The translations under genes were made by a program, and so were the position numbers. Positions 8,647-19,000 of a stretch of DNA of 64,000 nt are shown here, piece after piece. The stretch spans positions 310,001 to 374,000 of the forward strand of contig OZ025653.1 in NCBI GenBank assembly GCA_964019335.1, in the 5' to 3' direction. This DNA comes from Diplonema japonicum (Eukaryota > Protista > Euglenozoa: Diplonemea). The notes under the pieces were generated by a model. That model ran no database searches and had not been told where the DNA came from. It saw only the letters and a list, made by a program, of their open reading frames with translations. Numbering within the stretch: position 1 is the first letter of the stretch; each line of letters begins with the position of its first letter.

Positions 8647-11600
8647 TTATTGCCTTAACTTTTCCAGCTCCTTGGGGAGAGGAAAGCTCTTGTTGGCTTT
8701 GATTGCCTGAAGGGAGGTGCACCCTTTCAAGAACCAATTGCCGATGCTCGTGATCTTTGAAAGCGGTGCGAGATCCACAGCCTGAAGGGATGTGCACTCT
8801 CCCAAGAAGCTATCGCTAATGCTGGTTACCTTGGAAAGCGGTGCGAGATCCACAGCCTGAAGGGAGGTGCACCCTTTCAAGAAGCTACCGCCGATGCTGG
8901 TGACATTTGAAAGTGGTGCTAAATCGACAGCCTGAAGGGAGGTGCACCCGTTCAAGAACCTATCGCCGATGCTGGTGATGTCGGGAAGCGGTGCGAGATC
9001 CACAGCCTGAAGGGAGGTGCACTCTTTCAAGAAGCTATAGCCGATGCTCGTGACGTTGGAAAGCGGTGCGAGATCCACAGCCCGAAGGGAGGTGCACTCT
9101 TTCAAGAAGCTATAGCCGATGCTCGTGACGTTGGAAAGCGGTGCGAGATCGACAGCCTGAAGGGAAGTGCACCCTTCCAAGAAGCTATTGTCGATGCTGG
9201 TGATCTTAGAAAGCGGTGGTAAATTGACAGCCTGAAGAGAGGTGCACCTTTTCAAGAAGCTACCGCCGATGCTGGTGACATTTGAAAGTGGTGTTAAATC
9301 GACAGCCTGAAGGGAGGTGCACCCGTTCAAGAACCTATCGCCGATGCTGGTGACGTTGGAAAGCGGTGCGAGATCCACAGCCTGAAGGGAGGTGCACTCT
9401 TTCAAGAAGCTATAGCCGATGCTCGTGACGTTGGAAAGCGGTGCGAGATCGACAGCCTGAAGGGAAGTGCACCCTTCCAAGAAGCTATTGTCGATGCTGG
9501 TGATCTTAGAAAGCGGTGGTAAATTGACAGCCTGAAGAGAGGTGCACCCTTTCAAGAAGCTACCGCCGATGCTGGTGACATTTGAAAGCGGTGCTAAATC
9601 GACAGCCTGAAGGGAGGTGCACCCGTTCAAGAACCTATCGCCGATGCTGGTGATGTCGGGAAGCGGTGCGAGATCGACAGCCTGAAGGGAGGTGCACCCT
9701 TTTAAGAACCAATTGCCGATGCTGGTGATCTTAGAAAGCGGTGCGAGATCGACAGCCTGAAGGGAGGTGCACTCTTCTAAGAAGCTATAGCCGATGCTGG
9801 TGATGTTGGAAAGCGGTGGAAGATTGACAGCCTGAAGTGAAGTGCACCCGTTCAAGAAGCAATCGCCAATGCTGGTGATGTTGGAAAGCGGTGCGAGATC
9901 GACAGCTCGAAAGGAGGTGCACCCTTTCAAGAACCTACCGCCTATGCTGGTGATGTTGGAAAGCGGTGCGAGATCGACAGCCTGAAGGACGGTGCACCCT
10001 TCCAAGAAGCTATCGCCGATGCTGGTGATGTTAGAAAGCGGTGCGAGCTCGACAGCCTGAAGAGAGGTGCACCCTTTCAAGAACCAATTGCCGATGCTGG
10101 TGATTTTGGAATGCGGTGCGAGGTCGACAGCCTGAAGGGAGGTGCACCCTTCCAAGAAGCTAAAGCCGATGCTGGTGATGTTGGAAAGCGGTGAGAGATC
10201 GACAGCCTGAAGGGAGGTGCACCAGGACAAGAAGTTTTTGCCGATGGTGATAGACCCTGGCCCTGTCACGGTGGGCAGTGAGTCGAGAGAGAAGCTGAGT
10301 GACCTCAGCCGACAAGAGGTCCTGTCTTTGTATTTGCTTGCCAGGAAGTCATCAGCGATGTTGCCCCGCACGCCCTTCAGCACCACGTGTTCAAAGCCCA
10401 TCACAATGGGGACGTACCTCTCATCGACATGAACCAGGGAAGCCCCTGTGAAGTCAATCACCAAGAACGGTGGACGTTCCACCAGCTTATCAAGCAACTG
10501 AAGCTCGTCGTGCTTCACCACCTGCATCTTTCCCATCATTCCCAAGAACCCATCCATGCCTTCTTCCCACTCCACAACGAGGCCCTTCCTCTTCACTTCT
10601 TCCTCTGAGGTGAGCTGGCTTCCATTCTTCAAGGCTGCAACGGGATGATGCTGATGTTGGTTCGGATCGTGGTGGTGGTGGTGGTGGTGGTCGATGTTGT
10701 TGTTGTTGGTGTGCTCAGGGAAGACCTTCACCCGTCCCTTGTCTTGGAAGACAGTCTCGCTGTCGGCATCCACGAACAGATCGAAGTCGCTGCTGAAGAC
10801 CTCCACCCTGCGAACCCGTCCCAGCCCGTCCTTTGCGAAGGCTTTCTCTGCCGCCACCCGAACCTCCTCCACACCCGACCCCACAGCCACAAGAAGGGGC
10901 CTCCTCCTCTCCTCACCACCGAAGTCCGCGAAGGCCAGAAGCATCATCATCATCGTCGTCGTCGTCGTCATCGCAGGTGGAGTCGTCAGCACAGACAGAA
11001 CCTCAGAAGCGGTCGGGCGTTTCGAAGGGTCCTCGCAGAGGAGGCGCAGCAGCAGGGTCCCCACCGACTCCCCCACGAGCTTCGGGAGGCGCCTTTCCAG
11101 CTCACCCATCACAAGGACCCGGTTCATCTTCAGGTACTTCAGGAACCACTCCCTCAGCTTCTCATCCTCCAGAACGGCGAAGCACACGGTCACCCCGAGG
11201 GCCCACATGTCCACCTTGTTGGTGTATGGACCTACAAAGTCGGGTCCCATGAAGGCGGGGGTTCCCACAACGCTGTCGGCGGTCGCTCCAGAAAAACTAT
11301 GGATCATGCTGCTGCTGCTGCTACCACTTGCACCAACAACAGCCCTCGACAGTCCCAGGTCAGCCAGAACGAACCTCGTCTTCCCTTCAGAGGTGTTGTT
11401 GTTGTTGGTGTTGCTGTCGTCCACCATGATGTTCTGAGGCTTCACGTCCCTGTGGATCCAACCCTTCCCGTGCAAGTAGGCCAGCGCCTCAGCCACCTCC
11501 CGCAAGAGCCTCACTGCCTTCTCTTGAGAGAGGGGTCCCTCCCTCTCCAGGAGATTCTGCAGGTCCCCTCCAGTGTACAAGGGCATCACGATGTGGAGCT

Positions 11601-11853
11601 CCCACTGCGTCACCCCAGGAACCAGCTGCCCTGTCGTCCCGAAGTAGTCCACACACGGGACCACATTCCTGTGCTTCAGCTGCAGCATGTTCTGCAACTC
11701 CTTCACCCCCCTCGTGTAGTCCTCCTTCGTCGCCGCCTCCACAACCTTCATTGCGAACTCCTTCCCGTCAACCTCCCTCACAGCCATGTAAACAGACCCC
11801 TGGCCCCCTGACCCGAGGTGCTTCCCTTTCCTGTACTTCTCAAGGTTCTGCAT
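8647..11853 (-). CDS. Ser/Thr protein kinase (NEK-like) fused to a C-terminal array of 20 BspA-like 25-aa leucine-rich repeats
   Basis: GSGGQG, AMK, HRDVKPQN, DLG and DMWALG kinase motifs. Repeat LQAVDLAPLSNVTSIGxxFLxxCTS. ATG at 11853 (MQNLEKY) preferred over the ORF-track GTG start. Confidence 0.92.
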   Translation of the reverse strand: MQNLEKYRKGKHLGSGGQGSVYMAVREVDGKEFAMKVVEAATKEDYTRGVKELQNMLQLKHRNVVPCVDYFGTTGQLVPGVTQWELHIVMPLYTGGDLQNLLEREGPLSQEKAVRLLREVAEALAYLHGKGWIHRDVKPQNIMVDDSNTNNNNTSEGKTRFVLADLGLSRAVVGASGSSSSSMIHSFSGATADSVVGTPAFMGPDFVGPYTNKVDMWALGVTVCFAVLEDEKLREWFLKYLKMNRVLVMGELERRLPKLVGESVGTLLLRLLCEDPSKRPTASEVLSVLTTPPAMTTTTTMMMMLLAFADFGGEERRRPLLVAVGSGVEEVRVAAEKAFAKDGLGRVRRVEVFSSDFDLFVDADSETVFQDKGRVKVFPEHTNNNNIDHHHHHHHDPNQHQHHPVAALKNGSQLTSEEEVKRKGLVVEWEEGMDGFLGMMGKMQVVKHDELQLLDKLVERPPFLVIDFTGASLVHVDERYVPIVMGFEHVVLKGVRGNIADDFLASKYKDRTSCRLRSLSFSLDSLPTVTGPGSITIGKNFLSWCTSLQAVDLSPLSNITSIGFSFLEGCTSLQAVDLAPHSKITSIGNWFLKGCTSLQAVELAPLSNITSIGDSFLEGCTVLQAVDLAPLSNITSIGGRFLKGCTSFRAVDLAPLSNITSIGDCFLNGCTSLQAVNLPPLSNITSIGYSFLEECTSLQAVDLAPLSKITSIGNWFLKGCTSLQAVDLAPLPDITSIGDRFLNGCTSLQAVDLAPLSNVTSIGGSFLKGCTSLQAVNLPPLSKITSIDNSFLEGCTSLQAVDLAPLSNVTSIGYSFLKECTSLQAVDLAPLSNVTSIGDRFLNGCTSLQAVDLTPLSNVTSIGGSFLKRCTSLQAVNLPPLSKITSIDNSFLEGCTSLQAVDLAPLSNVTSIGYSFLKECTSLRAVDLAPLSNVTSIGYSFLKECTSLQAVDLAPLPDITSIGDRFLNGCTSLQAVDLAPLSNVTSIGGSFLKGCTSLQAVDLAPLSKVTSISDSFLGECTSLQAVDLAPLSKITSIGNWFLKGCTSLQAIKANKSFPLPKELEKLRQ
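8710..10240 (-). repeat. Coding tandem repeat, 75-bp unit x ~20, with a 300-bp higher-order repeat
   Basis: 9061-9350 is nearly identical to 9361-9650. Confidence 0.95.
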
Positions 11854-12034
11854 TTTACGGTGTGTTCTTTTTTTATTATTATTGTAAATCTCCACTGTGT
11901 GATGGATTTCTTCCCCCCCCCCCCCCCCCGTGTTGAGAGAATGAATAAAGCATAACATGGAAACGAGCAAATGCGAATTCGAAGAAAAGTAGAGAGGGGG
12001 CGTTTGGGAATTGAGGGGGATCGTAGTACTTCGG

Positions 12035-12100
12035 AGTTGCACATGATTGTAAAATCATTTATTTGAAAGATAATTTCATCATAAATATTTGTAACAAAAA
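12035..12100. repeat. Fragment of the AT-rich dispersed repeat also at 22743-22925 and 43815-45030
   Basis: AGTTGCAcATgaTTgTAAAATCATTT...ATAAATATTTGTAACAAAA matches 22862-22925. Confidence 0.55.
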
Positions 12101-12129
12101 GAAAGAAGAATGACTTTGGTTGCTTCATA

Positions 12130-12570
12130 AACCGCCTCTAGCGGATGTTGCTGCCCTTCTGTGCTGAAGGATGCATGGCTGTGGGAAGGGTGGTTGTTGT
12201 GCTCTGTAGTCAGGCATGAAGGGGTCGGACCACTCTTTTCTCTGTGCAGTCGGTACTACGCATTGCCTTTCAAGTATTTCGCCTGCTTGTTCCATTCTAA
12301 TTTCGCAAGCCACTTGATTACTTCTGGCACAATCTGGCATGCACAGGTGGTCGATCACATTGCGTTCGTGTGTACAAATGGCAGGGACGTAGCCTAACGG
12401 CCTCACGTTCCTTTTTCGTGTTCAAAGTTGTCGACGGTGAGATCGTTACTACAGTATGGGACTACACCTTCACCGCCAACGCGTCTGCAGCCTCAACGCG
12501 CCCAACCTACCGCTGCCTTATTCGGAACGTCCACTTCTCATCGTTTTCTTCTCGGGCTCTGGCATTTGGG
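12130..12570 (-). pseudogene. Heavily decayed LINE C-terminal remnant
   Basis: A stop-riddled minus-strand frame reads IVPEVIKWLAKLEWN, matching the P.l.WL..L.W motif of the other LINE copies. Confidence 0.45.
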
Positions 12571-12999
12571 GTTTAAAATAGTGGTGTAAGGTGTCTGAAG
12601 CGAACAAAAGTTGGTGGGGTGGGTGGGAAAAAAAAAATCACGGGGGGAAAAGAGGGAAAAGAAAAACAAAAGAAAAACAGAGAGAGAGAGAAATACACTT
12701 CCCTAAACCCAACCCTTTCGGAAAAAAAAAAAAAGAGAGAAAAAAAAATAGGGAACAGCTTTCAATGAGAATTGATGAGAACCCCGCACGCCAGACGACC
12801 GTGGAGACGCCTGTCCACATGGTGTCGAGCTTAGGGCTGGGGAGGAGGAATGGGAAACACTATCTTACAGCCGATCCTTTTCCTCTTGATTTTAGCTTGT
12901 TCCAAATAAATAAAAACAAAACAAAAAAAAAAACGAAAAAAGAGTGGGGTGGGAATATAGATAATCTGACTGGCGTTATTTGATGTTTCTGCGTAGTGT

Positions 13000-13926
13000 T
13001 TACGCGCTCTTGATGGTGGCGGGGTCGGTGAAGTGGAACTTCTTGGCGCCGGTGGCACCCAGGACGGTGTCGAAGATGGCGAACTGCCCAGCGGTCAAGG
13101 TACCGATCATCACGCAACGGGCACCCAGACCAGTGAGGCACAGCTTCTTGAAACCAACCTCCCTCGCAAGGTTCAGGAGACGGCTGGTGATCGACCCGTC
13201 ACCACCGGCACCCTTCTTGTTCACAAGCGACAACAAAGTGTCGGCAGGGTGCGAGACAATGGCAGCCGCCACACCAGCAATCACACCAGACGCGAGCGAC
13301 ACGGTCAGCTTGGTCCCCTCAGACGCGGTCTTCACGTCGATGCTCGACATGGTGTAGATCTTCTCTGCGGCAGCACCCTGCACAGCGAACTTAGTCATTG
13401 TGTAAGGGATCTGCTTGAAGCAGATGGGCCCGAACCCAGAGTAGAACCCCCTCATCACACCCTCGTCCTTGATGATCTTGGGGAAGGCGGACATGAGACC
13501 GCTTGCGTACTGGGGGTTGGCAACAAGCTTGATACGGGTCGCCTCAAGAGGGCACAGGAAGATGTCCGCGATGAACTCAGCCACTGCCGCAGCACCGAGG
13601 TAGATGGGGAAACGGAACTTCCACGCGTCCTCCACACCGAGCTTCTCCGCCGCCTTGATCTTGAAGAACTCCACACCACCGAACTTGAACCACCCCTGAA
13701 CGAAGTACCCAACAGCGGTGGGCCCCAGACCGGTGGCAAGGGCACCCATACCCTCAGACGCCACGATCTGCTTGAAACCTCCGAGCATACCCCTGTTGTA
13801 CTTGACGGGGTCAAGCTGCATACGCGTCTTCACGACATCGACAGGGCACAAGGCACCGTGGGTCACACTGCAGCAGATCCCTCCCGCAAGGGCACCCTTC
13901 GTGAAGTATGTCAGGTCGTAGCTCAT
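13000..13926 (-). CDS. Mitochondrial phosphate carrier, MIR1-like (SLC25 family)
   Basis: Three carrier signatures PVDVVKTR, PLEATRIK and PADTLLS, plus KQIPYT. ATG 13926 (MSYDLTYF). Confidence 0.93.
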   Translation of the reverse strand: MSYDLTYFTKGALAGGICCSVTHGALCPVDVVKTRMQLDPVKYNRGMLGGFKQIVASEGMGALATGLGPTAVGYFVQGWFKFGGVEFFKIKAAEKLGVEDAWKFRFPIYLGAAAVAEFIADIFLCPLEATRIKLVANPQYASGLMSAFPKIIKDEGVMRGFYSGFGPICFKQIPYTMTKFAVQGAAAEKIYTMSSIDVKTASEGTKLTVSLASGVIAGVAAAIVSHPADTLLSLVNKKGAGGDGSITSRLLNLAREVGFKKLCLTGLGARCVMIGTLTAGQFAIFDTVLGATGAKKFHFTDPATIKSA

Positions 13927-14325
13927 TTTTTCTTTTTTGTGTTTTGTGAGTTGATGGCAGGTCCTGTGGGGTGTTGAAAAAAACAAGAACAATCTCCCCT
14001 CACACTCACGCTGGAACAAAAAAGGGAGTGTAGCTTTTGCTCGTTGCTTTTTTTCTTCTTCTTTTCATTTGTTGCTCATGTTATCGAATTATCGACTCAA
14101 GGTTGATAGTGGCAACAACTGACTTATACCGGAGGGGGGTATTGTTTTCTTACATTTTTATTTCGTAGGTTTAGCGGAACATCAATTCCATTTCGTGTGT
14201 TTTCTTCTTTCTGCCACCACATCATTATCGATTGGATTAACAAAAATCTATGTATCTCTAACACCTACCTGCCGTACCTGACACGAATACCTTGCATAGC
14301 AATTGCCCTTTTTTTTTTGCTCAGC

Positions 14326-15375
14326 TTATTTGGTGACGATCTCGTTCCTCTCACGCTGCTCAGGAGTCCGGGCGACCGGCTTGCCACCAGAAGTACCCAT
14401 CCCGAAGGAGGACTTGAAGGTGTCGTAGATGTACCTGTTGTGTCACGTTGTTGAAGTCTTGAAACGATCATACCACTGAAGACCAGTGAGGGTGCCGATC
14501 ATCAGAATACGGACCCCAAGTCCCTTGGTAAATAGGTTGTAGGTGCCCATCTCACTGGCAATCTGTCCGAAGCCCTTGCCCTTGTTGGACTCTTTACCTG
14601 CAAGGGACACAAGGGTGTCGGCAGGATGCGACACTATAGCGCAGATGATACCAGCAATGTAACCAGAAGCGAAGGTTACACCCAACTGGGTGTTCTTGCT
14701 GTAGGTGTGCTTGGGCTCTGTGAGCACATAGGTGTAGAAGGCGTTCACAACCATTTCGAAGAAGTAGAACTTTGCCATGGTGTAGGGGATTTGCCTGCTC
14801 CACAGCGGCACCACCGAACCGAGGGGGAACTTGCTTGAGGGATCGGCCCTCATGGCGGTAATCGCAGCACCAAGTCTGGTAGGGAAAGTGTTTTGCGGAG
14901 AAGTTTGGATTTTCACCTTCACCATCTCCATGGGGCACAGAGCCACATCGGCAATGAACTCAGCTGAGGCGGATCCTGCAAGCCAGATCATCCCAGTGTA
15001 CGCAGCAGAGATATCTTCACCAGCTAAGTTCATGTACAAGTCCTTAAAATACTCATAAAATCCGAATTTACAGAATCCCTGCATGGAGTACCCGATCAAA
15101 GAAGGCAGCCAACCCTTAAGGAGACCAGCAGCGCCAAGACCTTCCTCTTTCATCACGGTCTTAAGACCGGACATCAATCCGGTGTACTTGGCGGGGTTCA
15201 CCTGCATGTTGCATTTCACTACGTCAAGGGGCGTCACGGCCATGTGGGTTAGACCGCATGACAATATACCGCCCATCTGGCATTTCATATAATAGTTGCT
15301 GTTGTGGGGAACTGATGGGTTCAGGTACCTGGCGTCCCATTTGCCCTCAGGGAAGTGACCGACAACGGTGGTCAT
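14326..15375 (-). CDS. Mitochondrial phosphate(/copper) carrier, PIC2/SLC25A3-like; intron 14435-14473
   Basis: GGILSCGLTH..PLDVVKC, PMEMVKVK and RQIPYT. Removing the 39-nt GTATGA..ACAG intron restores the conserved end LQWYIYDTFK..EIVTK* (336 aa). Confidence 0.93.
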
Positions 15376-15643
15376 TTGTATAACGAAGAAAAGGTATCTG
15401 TGGTGGAGTGGTGTGTGAAACAATTGACATAAAACATAAAATGCAAGATAAAAAATAGTGCGGGGATGTGTGTGTTTTTCTTTTATTTTATTTCTTTTTT
15501 TTTTTTTTTTTTTTTTTTTTCCTTCGTCTTTTTCTTCTCCCCTTCTTCAAATCTTTTATTATTTTTTCGACTTCGTACCGTACCCCGGGATCGATTAATG
15601 GTTAGGTGCCGTCAGGGTACAAAGAAAAGAGAAAAAAGAAAGA

Positions 15644-15679
<36 letters not shown>

Positions 15680-15700
15680 AGGGAAAAAAAAGAGAAAAAA

Positions 15701-16009
15701 ATGGGGCTTTGATTGCAACACTAAAAGTGGCGTTAAGCGTGCAACGAAGCATGAACTGTCTACTTGATTACAGGGGGCGCACCGCGGCCGAGTTGTAGCT
15801 TCTTCTGCGTTCCGCGTCGCGTCCTTAATGCGTGCGGTGTGCAACTCAACCCTAGCCGGGGCGACCCGGGTAACCAAGATCTTCTTCTACTTGTGCAGTT
15901 TGCTGCAATACGTTCTTCACTCGGGCGCTTCCGGTGATGACCGACGAGGGGCCAACAGCGAACAACACATCTGATGTACTTCTTATATACCCAAGTTATC
16001 CCCACCACT
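15701..16009 (-). mobile_element. ~310-nt ribozyme-headed SINE-like element, degenerate copy downstream of the XRN1 stop codon
   Basis: Aligns along its length with 23842-24168 but lacks the 3' strand of P4 and the J4/2 CGAA. Confidence 0.85.
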
Positions 16010-16053
16010 GTGTTTTTTTTTTTTTTTTCTTTCTTTTTTTTATTATAACTCCC

Positions 16054-19000
16054 TCATGCAGACGGCTTCTTTTGAGCCTTTCGTTTCAGCATTTTCTTCT
16101 TGAAGCCCTGTGAGGTAGTGTAAGGCGTCGTTGAAAAAAAAAGAAAAAAAAAAAAAAAAAGGTATACCTGCCGCATATCTTGAACAAAAGGTATCTCCTT
16201 GGCCATGGTGGGCGGTGCTTGGAGAACTCTTATGGTCATCAGGCTGATCTCACCTGGTTCATGCCCCATCTGCGGGGACATAGGTGGCGGAGAGACATGG
16301 GAATCAGGTGAGTTGATCCCCAAGTGGTGATGGTGGTGCGACCGCACATGTTCTTTCTTCGCACCGATGGACGCAACACCCAACGCATCTGCCACCTCTG
16401 CGGGCAGTTTCATCGTGTTGTCAGGTGGCGACGGAGCCGAAGGAGGTGGTGTTACGTCGAGCGCCCGTGTCTTGCTCTTCACGTCAATCTCTGTCGGTTC
16501 TTTGCCTCCGCCTGCAATGTGCATTGTGGACTTCTGGGGTGACTTCAATATCGCCTTCGGAGCCCCGGTGTTGCACCTCACTGGCATTAAGCACGCCTTT
16601 TTGATCAACGCGCCCCTGTACGAGCTCAGCCGCCCGTTCAAGGTCGTCGCACCTAAGAACTCATCGTCGAGCACCACCTCTGCTGTCGCAGAGTCACTCA
16701 ACATCCTCACGACAACCCCGCGTGCCCCAAACGGTATCGCTCCCACAGCCTTCATGTTTATAACCCTCGCACCAAGCCTGATCAGTTCCTTCGTTTCGAA
16801 CTTCCCTGGCTGCGTGAGGAGCATGTGGTCCTTTGTGTGAAAGAATGGTGTGTACACGTCCTGCAGCTGCTTGTGCACCCTCATCTTGATATCAGGTTCG
16901 TCTTCCTGAACTGCATGGATCAGGGCCTGCTCAAGCTTCGCGATTTGCGCAGGGGGTACCATGTCCTCCGTGGCGCCCACCAGCGGTGCCTGCCAGTGCG
17001 GCTGCGCCTTTACCCATGCCTCGATCTCGTTGATTATTACGCTCGCGTTGTGTTTCTCCCATGCACCTGTGCGGAGGTGCTGCGGGTCGAAGCTGTTGAT
17101 GCTCTGTGTTTGCGATGCTTCTATCATTGGGTTGAACTTCTTGCAGAAGGTCTCGATGACCTTCCTTGTCTCGCTGGACACAATCCAGCAGCCTAGTTCC
17201 ATGTGCGAACTGCCAGCAGCCCTGTCAGCAAGGCGTGTCAACACGCAGTCCTTTGTCCCCATTGTCATGTAGTGCGACGTGTCCACTGGCGTACGCATCC
17301 CCTCTAGCCTGTACTTCGCACAGCCTAACCTGCTGTACATCTTCTCCTCACTCTTCACGACCAGGCACATCCCGATCTCTCTTGCCCCGAACGGTTTGGT
17401 CGTGGTGATGCTCCCGCACAGCAGCTCCAAGACACGTGGCGGCACGCCAATACCATGGGCGATGTCCTTCAATGTAACCCACGACGAAGTGTCGATGGCT
17501 GCGCTGAGGTCATGCGGGAGCTGCGGGCACGGCCTTGCTGCCTTGAGGGTGATATTGGCCTTGTTTTCCTTCATTGAGACGATCTCGCCGACACAGCCCC
17601 ACTTGTCTTCGCTAGTTCTGTTATGCGGGAAGTACATGACAGGCAGATGAAGGAGGGACCTTTCATTACGCGACTCACTGCGAGCAGCAGCATCGAGCAT
17701 GGGGAATGGGAGGGGGTTCCACTGCGGTTCTCGTTTGTCATCCAACTTGATGAGTTGCACAGGGAACAGGGCTTCTGGTGGTGCGGCCATCTTTTTATGC
17801 AACTCGTTCTTGATAGAGCAAACCCCTGCACAGAACTTCACACTCACCATAACACTCACATCGACGGCAATTCCCCTCTTCGTTAGGAGCTTCACGCGGT
17901 GCTCGTTGGCGAGAGTGTCAAAGGCACGTGCCTCTTCGGCATTGTTGTTTAAGGCGCCTTTCTTTCTGAGCACAGTCTTCTTGTCCATCACGGCGTTTAT
18001 CCTTGCGTACCTGTAGTGCGGCCAGTCCACCCACACCCATTTGTGAATGTACTCGCGGTACCTTTCGATGTTGCCCGCCTTCTCGAGTTTTATTATCACG
18101 CTTTCCTTGAAGCTCTTCTTGTCGAAGATCGTGATCTCTTGTTTCATGTACGTTGAGAAGTGCTTGGAGAAGAGGGCGGAGAAGCCGACAGCACCGCCGC
18201 TGACAGCGCCCGCAAGGGGCACGGGGTTGTGCTGGTCTCCGCTGGGGGATATGTATTCGGTCACAAGCATTGGACAGGACGCAGTAGGGCAGCCCGAGAT
18301 GGTCGAGGGGACGGTGACGACGGGCTGCTCGGGATCGTATTTGTACAATATAGAAGTCCCATTGGTGTTCCTGATGCGCTCCTCGTGGGTCAAGGTGTCC
18401 CTGACCTTAGCACTTTCCTTCAAGATGTCGTGCTCATCGAGGAAGGGGATGACCACCACACCCTCCCATGGGGCCCTTGCGTTCTCCCTGTCCACCGTCA
18501 GTGCCTTCGGGAAGGCGTAGCTCAGTGCCTCCATTTCCGGCAACTTGTGGTACGCAACAGGAAGACACCTCTTGATCGACATTGGGGGCAGCACACCCAA
18601 AAGCTGATCAAAAGGCAAGAAGGGTTGGTTCAATTCGAACTGCGTCTTCCCTGCTATATCCAGCAGGTTCACCTCGGCAAGGTCGCTCGCAAACGGAGAG
18701 TAGTGGAACGGGTAGAACCACCTCCAAGATGGAACCCCATCTACATAGTACTTCCACACCCATTCAATCCCCTCGACCCATTTCAGACACAGCTGCCTCA
18801 GCCCCGCGGTGTGGTCCATGCCCCAGTCAAACTTCTTTTTGTAATACTTCTCCTTCGCTTCTGTCATATTGGTGGTATGAGACACAGCTTTGAGCACCAC
18901 TTCAGGATTGTACCTCTTCTGTCGTTTGTTGTAATCTTCTTCCTCTTTCTCCCGTGCCTTTACCATTTCGAGCTCTTTCTCCCCCAGTCGTCGGAGGAAG

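Noticed and set aside
10645-11811. Long + strand ORFs (e.g. 10645-11811, 13033-13977, 18160-19380)
   Set aside because: Antisense shadows of GC3-rich minus-strand genes with no recognisable motifs.
15701-16008. tmRNA- or tRNA-like ends on the + strand (GGGGCT...CCCCACCA) and a telomerase-template-like AACCCTA
   Set aside because: The acceptor stem fails after 4 bp, there is no T-arm, and the template match is only 7 nt. The minus-strand HDV fold explains the terminal sequence better.
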